The notes under the pieces are model-generated. The model made no database searches, was not told the DNA's origin, and saw only the letters and a list, made by a program, of their open reading frames with translations. A stretch of DNA of 64,000 nucleotides. Origin: Candidatus Latescibacterota bacterium (GTDB lineage: Bacteria > Latescibacterota > UBA2968 > UBA8231). Position 1 is the first letter of the stretch; each line of letters starts with the position of its first letter. The stretch is taken from NCBI GenBank assembly GCA_965208105.1, contig OZ242318.1, positions 800,001 through 864,000 on the forward strand, in the 5' to 3' direction. The translations under genes were made by a program, and so were the position numbers. Shown here in pieces: positions 1 to 9,086 of this stretch.

Positions 1-267
1 ACAGCGGTAGCTGCTGTCGTGAACGAGTTTTCCGAACTTTCGGGCGAATACCGCATCGTGCTGAAGGACGCCGGGCCGTACGAACGGCTGCCCCTGGAAG
101 TGGAGCTGGCTTCCGGACAGGAGGCTACTCCAGTACTGGCAACCGCGCTGGTGGAATCGATCAGAGCCCGGCTTGGTGTCACCCCCCAGATCAGCCTGGT
201 TCCTCCTCACAGCCTGCCGCGCACCGCCGGCAAGACCAAACGGGTTATCCGCGAGGGATATACATGA
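1..267 (+). CDS. Phenylacetate-CoA ligase family protein, C-terminal part (5' end outside window)
   Basis: Open frame from base 1. C-terminus '...RLGVTPQISLVPPHSLPRTAGKTKRVIRE' matches the PaaK-type AMP-binding C-terminal domain. Overlaps the start of an enoyl-CoA hydratase. Confidence 0.75.
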   Translation, partial: TAVAAVVNEFSELSGEYRIVLKDAGPYERLPLEVELASGQEATPVLATALVESIRARLGVTPQISLVPPHSLPRTAGKTKRVIREGYT

Positions 268-1025
268 CCAACACGGTTGCAAGCAGCATCGACGGCGGCG
301 TATGCACCATCACGCTCAACCGTCCCGAGTGTCTGAACGCCATAAGCCGGGACCTGCTGGCGGAGCTCAAAACGATCCTCTGCGATGGAAACGCCGATCC
401 AGCCGTCAAAATCTTTATCTTGCGCGGAGCCGGACGCGCCTTCTGCGCCGGCCAGGACCTGAAAGAGTTCGATCAGTATGCGGGAGACGAGGCCGACAGC
501 CGGGCCTATCTCGAGTCCATCCAGGAAATCGCGCGCGAAATGATGTTGGGCGAGAAGATGATCGTCGGTGCCATACATGGCTGGGCCGTGGGCGGCGGTC
601 TGGAATGGCTGATCAACTGCGATCTGGCGATTGTAGCCAGCGGCACGCGCTGCTTTTTCCCGGAGACAACCCTCGGGGTGTTCGTAACCGGCGGGGTAAG
701 CACCTTACTGCCCAAGCTGGTCGGCTTGCAAAAGGCCCGGGAGCTGATTCTTTTCGGCGAACGGTTCGACGCACAGCAGGCGTTGGAAATGGGGTTGGCC
801 TGGAAGGTCGTGCCGGAAGCGGAGTTGTTCAGCGAAGCCGAGGCGGCGGCCAGTCGAATCGCGGCCTTGCCCGAAACGGCGGTGCGCGATTTCAAGCGGG
901 TGATGAACCGCGCCTGCCACATGGATATCGAAGGTGCCATGGCGCTGGAAACCGAGGCGGCCGTGCGTGGATTTCTCGACCCGACCACGCCCCAACGCAC
1001 TGCTCACTTTAAAAACGGGGAATAG
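264..1025 (+). CDS. Enoyl-CoA hydratase/isomerase (crotonase) family
   Basis: TITLNRPECLNAI, GRAFCAGQDLKE and HGWAVGGGLE crotonase motifs; ATGA overlap with the upstream gene. Confidence 0.93.
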   Translation: MTNTVASSIDGGVCTITLNRPECLNAISRDLLAELKTILCDGNADPAVKIFILRGAGRAFCAGQDLKEFDQYAGDEADSRAYLESIQEIAREMMLGEKMIVGAIHGWAVGGGLEWLINCDLAIVASGTRCFFPETTLGVFVTGGVSTLLPKLVGLQKARELILFGERFDAQQALEMGLAWKVVPEAELFSEAEAAASRIAALPETAVRDFKRVMNRACHMDIEGAMALETEAAVRGFLDPTTPQRTAHFKNGE

Positions 1026-1230
1026 ACTTCAGGTCACGGCGACTGAAACAGGCCCGCTCGGCACCGTTTTCCCCGACGACACCTCCAGTGGACGAAGCGC
1101 GCGTCACCGGTGGAGGTCGCCCCGGCCTTCGCACACTTGGACGCCAACCTCGTCATTGCCAGTCGCGACCGGCCCGAAAAGACGTCGCCCGGGGCCGGTT
1201 CGGATTAACATCACCGCTTGGCCGGGCATG

Positions 1231-2094
1231 TCACGCCGAGCCCCCAGTCTCCGCACCCCGGGGGCGGCGCGACAGCGACGGGTGGGTGCGGAGATAGGTC
1301 AGACTCTCCTCAATCCACGAGGCGTGTTCGGTGGAATTTGGCGGCAGCCGCAGCTTGATACAGGCGGTTGTCCCCTCCGGGTCGGACAGGAGGTCCTCCA
1401 TCAGCGGAAGGATGGCATCGAAATCCACCGAGCCCTTTCCCAACGGCGTCCCCCAGATGGTGACCTCGTTGGAGCGGTGGGGAAAGATCCGCACGTCCTT
1501 GAGAGCCACCGCCACCGCATGCGGAAGCGCGACCTCGGCCGCCCTCACCGGTTCTTCACAGACCGGAAAGGGATTGGCCGTATCGAACGCCATCTTCAAA
1601 GCGGGATGGCGCACCTGCTCCATTACCTGCACCATCTCTCCTGCGCGGTAGTCCAGGTGCGGCAACAGACCCAGTTGCAGGCCTCGCGCGCCAGCGGCCT
1701 CCGCCACCGGTCCCAGATGACCGGCTATTCGGCGCAGCTGTTCGTCCAGAGCGGGTTCCCGGGTAAACCGGTTGTGCTTGCCGCCCTCCCCAAAGGCCAC
1801 CACCGTCCTCACTCCACCCTCAACGGCCACGTCGAACGCCCGTTCTGACTGCTCCGTGAGTCCGCTTTCCCCCCCGTCCGGCGTCACGAAGTCGGCGCTC
1901 CAGTAGCCGATCCACTGGATCCCGGCATCCGCGGCCCGGCGGCCCAGTTCTCCGGGGTCCTCGCCTCCTTCCAAGGGAAGCGAGGCTTCCAGAGCACCGA
2001 GTTGGAACTCCACACAGCGATCCAAAAGCCAGCGCACAGGCTTCGCATCCGGCAGAACGCCCGCGTAGGTGGGCGAGGACAGTCCCAGTATCAT
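1231..2094 (-). CDS. Sugar phosphate isomerase/epimerase (xylose isomerase-like TIM barrel)
   Basis: PHLDY, FDTAN, LKD and GTPLGKGSVDF motifs; AGGAG RBS upstream. Confidence 0.8.
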   Translation of the reverse strand: MILGLSSPTYAGVLPDAKPVRWLLDRCVEFQLGALEASLPLEGGEDPGELGRRAADAGIQWIGYWSADFVTPDGGESGLTEQSERAFDVAVEGGVRTVVAFGEGGKHNRFTREPALDEQLRRIAGHLGPVAEAAGARGLQLGLLPHLDYRAGEMVQVMEQVRHPALKMAFDTANPFPVCEEPVRAAEVALPHAVAVALKDVRIFPHRSNEVTIWGTPLGKGSVDFDAILPLMEDLLSDPEGTTACIKLRLPPNSTEHASWIEESLTYLRTHPSLSRRPRGAETGGSA

Positions 2095-2213
2095 GCTCCT
2101 TCTCCCAGCATCGCAAATCTACCGCCGCGCTATCGAATTCGGGATTGCGCACTCGAGCGCCAGGTGCCGGCGTTGGCCAAGGTAGTGCTCAGAGAACAGG
2201 CCGGCGCTGATCA

Positions 2214-2663
2214 CTAGAAGCGATCCGCAACAATGTTCAGCTCAATGCCGTGTTCGAGGTACGCTTTCGCCGCCGCAAGCACAAGCGCAAAACCGCCCGT
2301 CGATTCGAGTGCTTGACACACGATCTCATCGCCGTCACCCGTGAAGCCTTTGTTGATGACGCTTAGATAAGTTGTGTCATCTGACCGAGGCGTAAAAATC
2401 CATTCTACAGTTGTAGGATTATCGGGGTCCCATTCGATGAGGATTCGTTTGTTTTCTTCGATCGCCTTCACTCGAACTTCGGTAGAAGCGTTGTACAGTT
2501 CCCAGTGCCATTGAACTGCCTTGCCGCATTCCAGCCGGCCAGTGCTTTTTTCAAACCAGAATTTCGTGATGACATCGGGATCGACAAAAGCCTCAAACAC
2601 CTCCGCGACAGGCCTGCGAATCAGCAATGCTGCTTTTGCAATCGGCTGGTTTTTCACTTCCAT
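2214..2663 (-). CDS. SRPBCC / AHSA1-like domain protein
   Basis: IRRPVAEVFEAFVDPDVITKFWF...KAYLEHGI. Start set at MEVKNQ, which follows a GGAGG RBS. Confidence 0.88.
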   Translation of the reverse strand: MEVKNQPIAKAALLIRRPVAEVFEAFVDPDVITKFWFEKSTGRLECGKAVQWHWELYNASTEVRVKAIEENKRILIEWDPDNPTTVEWIFTPRSDDTTYLSVINKGFTGDGDEIVCQALESTGGFALVLAAAKAYLEHGIELNIVADRF

Positions 2664-3002
2664 AATCCCTCCGTGTATCAACTTGCTCGGAACTTCCATT
2701 CTGGCCGTCCCGGCATGATACAGGATAGTAACGCCGGATTTGTAATGCAAAGTTTTCTGGCTTCTCTCACGTTGAACCCTGCCTGCAGGCCCGCCTTGGG
2801 TGTCGGACGCGGCGCGTTGGTCGCCTTCGGGATTGTCCAGGGTCTATGCAACGACCAGCGATTCGTCGGGGACCCTGCCGGACCCTTGACAACGGTTTCG
2901 GCGAATTGCATAGTACCGATATCGGTGCCTTTCGGTGCCTTATTGTTCCTATACATTCGGTGTGATTTTTTCTATACTTAACTCAGGATACGGAATTGAG
3001 AT

Positions 3003-3392
3003 ATGGACCGAGGCATTGCCGTGGATCTTAAGCAAGAGTGGACCGCCTGCCTGGAAGCGCTCAAGCGGGGAGAATTGACCCCCGAACGATTGCAAGCCGT
3101 GATCGACTCCGTGCCCGACGACAGTCCGGAGAAACGACAGAGTCTGCTCTTCGTTCAGACGTCTCACAACGGAATCAATGCCAAACTGGTTGGGTACCTC
3201 CTGGTGATCAACGGCGAAGCCCAACCGGGTTCTAACAACCCTGAGGAATGGCCCTATCGCACCGTCGCCGACGCGATCAAGGACGGCTGGCGGATCATCT
3301 CCTTCCCCAACACGGCTCTGCTGATGGATCCTGACAACACCTACGGAATCGGCCCCGAGTTCATTCTCGAAAAGATGGAGCCCATAAAATGA
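3003..3392 (+). CDS. Hypothetical protein, translationally coupled to a PhyH dioxygenase
   Basis: 129 aa with motif WPYRTVADAIKDGWRIISFP...EFILEK; ATGA overlap with the next gene. Confidence 0.75.
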   Translation: MDRGIAVDLKQEWTACLEALKRGELTPERLQAVIDSVPDDSPEKRQSLLFVQTSHNGINAKLVGYLLVINGEAQPGSNNPEEWPYRTVADAIKDGWRIISFPNTALLMDPDNTYGIGPEFILEKMEPIK

Positions 3393-4225
3393 AGGATTGG
3401 ACGCACGATTGCCCGCCAACACTCACCGACACACAGGTCATCGATTTCTGTCAGAACGGATTTGTGTTGCTCGAGGCGGTCGTCCCGGACGAGATCAATC
3501 GCCGCGTGTATGAGTTTCTCGATGAGCATCCGGAAGTGGAGCCCTCCAGCATTTTGCACGAAGAATGGTTCGTGAAGGAGGTGCTCTGCAATCCCGAGGC
3601 CGCCGGCGCCGTTCGCTCCCTGCTGGGCCGTGACTTTCACCTTCCCGTGCTGATGAGCAACCACCGCGAGCGAGGACCCTACCGGGAACCAACGGGCTGG
3701 CACATCGACGGAAACTATATACACGGATATAAATTGCCGTCCCTGCAGGTGTTCTATTATCCGCAGGACACCACTCCGGAGATGGGGCCCACGGAACTGG
3801 TGCCCGGATCTCATCAGCTCCGTTATAAGCGCCGCTACATGTCCAACTTCGAAAGCATCGCCACCGCCTTCAGCACGACCGCTCCCGCCGGCTCGATCTT
3901 CATCACCATCTACCACATCTGGCATCGCCGAGGCTACGCCACCAGCACGCGACTGCGCAACATGCTGAAGTATGTCTACTGGCGCACGACCGAGCCCACG
4001 CGGGACTGGATCATCGAGCCAGATTTCGACTTCGGCACCGCCAACTATGGTTCGCAAAAATATGGAGAGAAGATAAAGGTCGCCGTCGACACCGCGGAGA
4101 TGTTCTACTGGCTATGCGGAATGCATGACCGGTTTCAGGTGGTTGGCGGGCAGAGTTGGCCCAGTTTCAACCCGAGCCGCATCGACGCGCCCCATGGATT
4201 TCCCGGCCCGGTCGCCCCGGGCTGA
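3389..4225 (+). CDS. Phytanoyl-CoA dioxygenase (PhyH) family 2OG-Fe(II) dioxygenase
   Basis: WHIDG (HxD), YYPQDT..EMGPTELVPGSH and IWHRR motifs. Confidence 0.9.
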   Translation: MKDWTHDCPPTLTDTQVIDFCQNGFVLLEAVVPDEINRRVYEFLDEHPEVEPSSILHEEWFVKEVLCNPEAAGAVRSLLGRDFHLPVLMSNHRERGPYREPTGWHIDGNYIHGYKLPSLQVFYYPQDTTPEMGPTELVPGSHQLRYKRRYMSNFESIATAFSTTAPAGSIFITIYHIWHRRGYATSTRLRNMLKYVYWRTTEPTRDWIIEPDFDFGTANYGSQKYGEKIKVAVDTAEMFYWLCGMHDRFQVVGGQSWPSFNPSRIDAPHGFPGPVAPG

Positions 4226-4242
4226 GCTGAGGGCGCAAGGAA

Positions 4243-5139
4243 TCAGCGGAAATCGCTTTTGATCCGGCCCCAGCTTTCAGGCGGGACCGGGGATCGGATT
4301 TCCGGCCCCACCCTCAGCAGGCGAGCGCCGATGGCATAGGTATTGGTACCGGGAGGCTTCCAGATGCGGCTGGCCGACCGCACGTCCCGCGCGTCGGCGC
4401 CGAAGCAGCCCCCCCGCATGACGTAGCCGAAGCCCGCCGCCGGTCCGGGAGGATCGGTGCCGGGCGCGCGGCCATAGTAGTTCGCCCCGTACCAGTCCAG
4501 CACCCACTCGAACACATTGCCGTGCATGTCGTACAGGCCCCACGGGTTGGGCTTCCTGGTCCCCACAGGCTGCGCGTACTCCAACCCCGCACTCCAGGCA
4601 CTGGCCTCATACCAGGCGTAGTCCTGAAGTTGGTTCTCGTCGTCCCCGAACGACCACAAGGTCGTGGTGCCCGCCCGGCAGGCATACTCCCACTCGGCTT
4701 CCGTGGGCAGGCGGTAGAGTTCCTCGCCCGCTGCCTCGTTCGAGGTGCGGATGAACGCCTGCACGTCCTCCCGGGTGATATATACCGCCGGGTGGTCGGG
4801 ATTGGCCTGCACCAGCTGCAGCCCGGACCAGGGCTGCGCTCCCATCACGCGCTCCCATTGTCCCTGGGTTATTTCAAATTTCCCCAGGTAGAATCCCTGG
4901 CTGATGGTCACCTCTCGGGACGGATGTTCGTCTTTGAACACCTCGTTCCACATACCCTTGTCGCGCAACAACTGCTCCTGGTCGTCCGTGGACCCCATTG
5001 CGAAGGTCCCCGGCTCGATCCACACGAACTCGACCATCGCCCCGCCCGGCAGCTCCACGGTGATCTCCCCTTCCCTGGAAGAGAGGGGCAGGGCCGCAAA
5101 GGCTCCCAGAACCAGGTTGAACCACGCAAATCTCGCCAT
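4243..5139 (-). CDS. Secreted FGE-sulfatase (SUMF1-like) domain protein with C-terminal SWGRIK tail
   Basis: Signal peptide; RLPTEAEWEYACRAG, PNPWGLYDMHGNVFEW and RGG motifs. Lacks the CxxxxC of a true FGE. Confidence 0.9.
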   Translation of the reverse strand: MARFAWFNLVLGAFAALPLSSREGEITVELPGGAMVEFVWIEPGTFAMGSTDDQEQLLRDKGMWNEVFKDEHPSREVTISQGFYLGKFEITQGQWERVMGAQPWSGLQLVQANPDHPAVYITREDVQAFIRTSNEAAGEELYRLPTEAEWEYACRAGTTTLWSFGDDENQLQDYAWYEASAWSAGLEYAQPVGTRKPNPWGLYDMHGNVFEWVLDWYGANYYGRAPGTDPPGPAAGFGYVMRGGCFGADARDVRSASRIWKPPGTNTYAIGARLLRVGPEIRSPVPPESWGRIKSDFR

Positions 5140-5295
5140 CGAACCTTCCCCTCATTTCAACATTGATCTGCCCGGACATCAACGATACATTATTGGTTGA
5201 AAGCGATCAACCGGAAATCGCTGCGGATTTCCGGCCCGGGTCGCAAGCCCTCACCGGGCAGGACCTACCCTGATGCCTGCAACCTGGCTACGCTC

Positions 5296-8256
5296 ATGAG
5301 CCGGCGATCGACCTGCGGATACTGGTGTCTTGCGCTGATCGCGTGGGCAACCGCTGGCGCAGAGGAGTCGGCGCGCCCTGCGCTTTCCGAGGTTGTAGGG
5401 GGACGGCCGTTTCTCCTGTACGAGCGGCAGCCCTACCGCAACTTCGCCTTCGACAACTTCACCCAGTACCCGGATCACACCTGGGGCGCGCGCGCCGTCG
5501 GCGGGCAGATCGGGGTCAGCATGGGCCTCGACCGGCAGCAGGACCTGTACGACCCCATGGGAAACTACCTGGCGCAGGGCTTCGACCTGTTCTCCTGGAT
5601 CGAACGGCGGCAGCCGGAACAGCTCTACGGCAGCGAGCTCTTCAAGGACTGGTCCGCCTGGCAGCACGTGTTCACCAACGTGGTGGTGGGGCGCGACGGC
5701 TACGGCGGCTGGGGCTACAGCGCCTTCGTGGGCGACGGCCTGATGGCGCGCTTCACCCCGCTGACCCTGTCGAAGACGGATCTGAACGGACTGCGCCTGG
5801 ACCTGTCCCTTCCCCGGGTGAAGGTCACCGCCCTGGGCTCGCGCATCGCGCGGCCCAACAGGGAGTCGTACCTTTTCTCCGAAAACGTCGGCGAAATCGA
5901 AGTCAACCACTCCACCTTGCTCCTCGGCACCCGCATACTGGCCGATCTGGGGCATCTGCGCCTGGGCCTGAACGGGGTGAACCTGCACCCCTACGACAGC
6001 ACTCGGCCGGGCAATAGTATGAAGGGCCGCCTGCGCAATCATCCGCGTGCGAACCTTGCCCAGCCCCTCTACCAGTGGCTTCTGGTGCGCATAGCGGACG
6101 ACGCTCCGGAGGATGGCCGGGGCGGAGCCGTGGTCCAGGATGTCCGGCTGATCCTCAACGGCCGGGGGCGGCCCGACCTTCAGCCCCGGGTGGTGCGCCA
6201 TCGGGCGGCCACGCCGTCCCAAGTGGGCCGCACGCTCTCCTCGGGCGACTTTCTTCCCGTGTTCTACCAGACCATCTCCGGTCCCGGCGATTATTACCGG
6301 GAAAGCGAGATACCGCTCTACGCCGACTATCTCTACCTGCTGGAGCATACCGGGGGCGCGGACGTGGCCAAGGCAACCCATTTGCCGGGATTGCTGGAGA
6401 ATTTTTCCCTGGAAAACACCGGGACCATCCTGCGCGCCGACGGGGACGAACAACTGATCTACCTTTTCGATATCAGCCGGGAACCCCACGTCGAGTCGCT
6501 GGAAGTGGAGGCGGTCCTGGGCAACGACTACCGGGTGGAGTGGGCAGGCGTCTACCTGACCCCCGGCAACGAGAGCGCCGGCAATCTCGAGCAGAGATAC
6601 AGCAGTACCTTCTTTCGCCCCGCCCTGCGCGCCCGCGGAAGCGTGAAGGACGGGTCGAATCTAAGGCGAGTGCGCTTCAAGGTGGGCGAAAACACCGCCA
6701 TCTTCACCTACGGCGCGGACCTGAATCTGCAGCTCACCGGGCTGGAAGTTAGCGGCGAGTACGCGCGCTCGACCCTCTACCGGCGCTATCCCGCCCATCT
6801 GGAAGGAGATCCCCTTTTCGATTCGAGCCCGCGATTTACCCATCGTGGATCGGCCTGGTTCGTCAATGCCCTCCACTGGTTCGGGCATGGCCGGGTGGGT
6901 GCGGAGTACTTCTCCATGAATCCGGACTTCACAACCCGGATGGAGACCTATCTGCCCAGGGATTTCGGCTATCGATCAAGCCGCGGCTACAGCCCTCATG
7001 CGGGGCTGGCCAACTCCACCATCATCTGGCGCCTGGTGCAGGACAACGAGGACGGGGACCGCTACCCCGACATCCTTCTGGGCAATGTCCTCGGCAGCCC
7101 GCAGGCGGGAGCGAGAGACCTGGACGGGGTCTTCCTGGGGCAGGACGAGGACAACGACGGCATCGTTGACACGGACCGCAACTTCAACGGCATCCCCGAC
7201 TACGACGAGACCTTCATGATGTACCGGGTGGAGCCCAACGAGTACGTCTACGGGCTCGACCGCAACCACAACGACGAGCCCGACCAGCGCGAGGACGACT
7301 GGGTCGCCGACTATCCCTACGATCCGGACCAGCGCGGCTTCCATCTCTTCGGTCAGGTGGACCTGAGCAGGCACTGGTCCCTTGGTGCGGGACGTTTCGC
7401 GGTCAGGGAGCTGGCCGGCAGCGGGCGCAACCGCTCCACCTATGCGCTCCTTAGCTACCAGAGAGAGGCGGTGGCACGGCCGCAGCGCCTCCTGTTCGAG
7501 AATTACTTCCGCCGGGTCGAGGACGACATCCCCGATGAGTTCAACCAGTTCAGCAGAACCGTCCAGTTGGTCAGGATTAATGAATATTCCAGCGGTTTCT
7601 CAGGTGTCGTGCAGGAAGTCGCCGGCGGACTCCAGCGCCACCCGGACCAGCTCTTCTACCAGGACAGCTACGTAAACGAGACCTACCTCGAGGGTGAGCT
7701 CAACCCCTGGTCGACCCTGCGTCTGGTGCAGAAGCTGCGGCTGCGGCTCAACTGGCAGCAGAAGGGCCAACTGGCCAATGACCGCTTCCAGCGCGGGAGG
7801 CGGCTTGACTTCTGGGCGGTGACCAGCCGGGCGGACTACACCTGGCGCTGGGGCAAGCTGAGGGCAGTTCCCCAGTTCAAGTTCCTGCTCCTGCGACTGG
7901 CCGACCAGGATACCGACGTGGTCCTGCGCTCCGAGTACAGGGTGATTCCAATTCTCAAGCTGAGATATGCGCTGATGAGCCGGACCGTGCTGCAGGCCGG
8001 GGTCCAGGGCTGGGGGCCGCTGCCCTACCGGCTCGAAGACCACATCCGCCAGCGCGAGAGTCTCGAGCTGCGCACCGCGGTATTCACCCTGACCAACCGC
8101 TCGCGCTACTTCGGCTATGACATGCACACCATCATCGGCCTGAGGCGGGAAGAGCTGGACCTGGACAATCGGTTTCAGCGCTTCAGGAATTTCGACGGGT
8201 GGACGTTCTTCGTGCGCAACCTGGTGGGCTTCACCGAGTTCGGACAGTTGTTCTGA
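5296..8256 (+). CDS. Large secreted / outer-membrane protein of unknown function with Asp-rich Ca-binding-like loops
   Basis: Long ORF with high GC3; signal peptide (YWCLALIAWATAGA-EE); DNEDGDRYPD, DEDNDGIVD and DRNFNGIPD loops; alternating beta-strand pattern; terminal Phe. Start uncertain (track gives 5197). Confidence 0.75.
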   Translation: MSRRSTCGYWCLALIAWATAGAEESARPALSEVVGGRPFLLYERQPYRNFAFDNFTQYPDHTWGARAVGGQIGVSMGLDRQQDLYDPMGNYLAQGFDLFSWIERRQPEQLYGSELFKDWSAWQHVFTNVVVGRDGYGGWGYSAFVGDGLMARFTPLTLSKTDLNGLRLDLSLPRVKVTALGSRIARPNRESYLFSENVGEIEVNHSTLLLGTRILADLGHLRLGLNGVNLHPYDSTRPGNSMKGRLRNHPRANLAQPLYQWLLVRIADDAPEDGRGGAVVQDVRLILNGRGRPDLQPRVVRHRAATPSQVGRTLSSGDFLPVFYQTISGPGDYYRESEIPLYADYLYLLEHTGGADVAKATHLPGLLENFSLENTGTILRADGDEQLIYLFDISREPHVESLEVEAVLGNDYRVEWAGVYLTPGNESAGNLEQRYSSTFFRPALRARGSVKDGSNLRRVRFKVGENTAIFTYGADLNLQLTGLEVSGEYARSTLYRRYPAHLEGDPLFDSSPRFTHRGSAWFVNALHWFGHGRVGAEYFSMNPDFTTRMETYLPRDFGYRSSRGYSPHAGLANSTIIWRLVQDNEDGDRYPDILLGNVLGSPQAGARDLDGVFLGQDEDNDGIVDTDRNFNGIPDYDETFMMYRVEPNEYVYGLDRNHNDEPDQREDDWVADYPYDPDQRGFHLFGQVDLSRHWSLGAGRFAVRELAGSGRNRSTYALLSYQREAVARPQRLLFENYFRRVEDDIPDEFNQFSRTVQLVRINEYSSGFSGVVQEVAGGLQRHPDQLFYQDSYVNETYLEGELNPWSTLRLVQKLRLRLNWQQKGQLANDRFQRGRRLDFWAVTSRADYTWRWGKLRAVPQFKFLLLRLADQDTDVVLRSEYRVIPILKLRYALMSRTVLQAGVQGWGPLPYRLEDHIRQRESLELRTAVFTLTNRSRYFGYDMHTIIGLRREELDLDNRFQRFRNFDGWTFFVRNLVGFTEFGQLF

Positions 8257-8456
8257 ATGGATGCAGGTCCGCTGGCTCCGACTCGATGAGAAGATCCTCA
8301 CTGCAGCCTCAAGCGTAGCACAACCAAGTGCTCCGGCGCCGCGTCGTCCGCTGTGCTCTCGCGCCGGGTCCCCTCGATGTCCAGTTCCAGCCCCTCCTGA
8401 TTCGCATTCAGCAACAGGCCCCTGTCTGATGATTGGTCGAAATTCTTCACCAGCGT

Positions 8457-8720
8457 TCAGATCGGCGGATTGTATTCCTGGGCGAAGACGGTCGTGGCCA
8501 CCACCAGCATGACAGCCGCCGCCAGAATGACCGCATCCGACAGGCTCCAGCCCCATTGCGGTTCGGCCATCACCGGGTCCTGGCGGCGCCATAGCAGAAT
8601 CCTCCTGCGGATATTCAAGCTTGAGGGTGGGCGCGGGGTTTTCCCCCTCCCTTGTGAAGTCCCTCCCCCGGCCTCTCCCACTTTATCCCTGTTCAGGTCG
8701 CCTCCCTGCTCCATTTTCAT
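8457..8720 (-). CDS. Small protein with a signal-peptide-like hydrophobic segment (or 5' part of a nonsense-disrupted gene extending to 8298)
   Basis: AAGGAGAGGAAGG RBS region before ATG; sigma54 promoter ~60 nt upstream; AVILAAAVMLVVATTVFA-QE. The frame stays open for 52 codons after the TGA. Confidence 0.55.
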   Translation of the reverse strand: MKMEQGGDLNRDKVGEAGGGTSQGRGKTPRPPSSLNIRRRILLWRRQDPVMAEPQWGWSLSDAVILAAAVMLVVATTVFAQEYNPPI

Positions 8721-8781
8721 GATTATCCTTCCTCTCCTTGGTGTTCAACCACGACCGAAACCGTATCGTACACTGTCTATG

Positions 8782-8796
8782 GCATAAACTGTGCCA
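8782..8796 (-). promoter_or_regulatory. Sigma54 (-24/-12) promoter
   Basis: Minus strand reads TGGCACAGTTTATGC (GG-N10-GC), close to the TGGCAC-N5-TTGC consensus; lies directly downstream of a sigma54 activator gene. Confidence 0.8.
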
Positions 8797-8980
8797 GGCA
8801 CGGTCCGAAACAGAGCAAGTCTTTTATTCAAAAGGAGTTAGGAAATTTTCGCGGTGAGACGAGAGGACCCGGATTTGATGCGGAGGGCAACGGCTTGAAA
8901 GATTCGAAGGGGCGGAAAGAAGGGGATAACTCTCTGAAAACGTGCGATTTATGCCTGTATTTACGAGAAGGGCCGGCCAC

Positions 8981-9015
8981 TGTGGCGATTTGCCGCACCG
9001 TGGGATTCTGCCACA
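8981..9015. promoter_or_regulatory. Tandem palindromic enhancer (UAS) for a sigma54 activator
   Basis: TGTGGCGATTTGCCGCA (8981-8997) and CGTGGGATTCTGCCACA (8999-9015) both approximate TGTGG-N7-CCACA; ~200 bp upstream of the sigma54 promoter. Confidence 0.6.
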
Positions 9016-9086
9016 GCAGGCCCCTGCCAGACCGGGAGGACTAAGAGAGAGGAAGGGTCTGCTCCGTCTCGATGGCGGGACCTGAT

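Noticed and set aside
4243-5139. True formylglycine-generating enzyme for the sulfatase at 51597
   Set aside because: It lacks the catalytic CxxxxC and is predicted to be secreted.
8457-8459. TGA as selenocysteine in the small sigma54-controlled ORF
   Set aside because: No redox motif context and no clear SECIS hairpin downstream.
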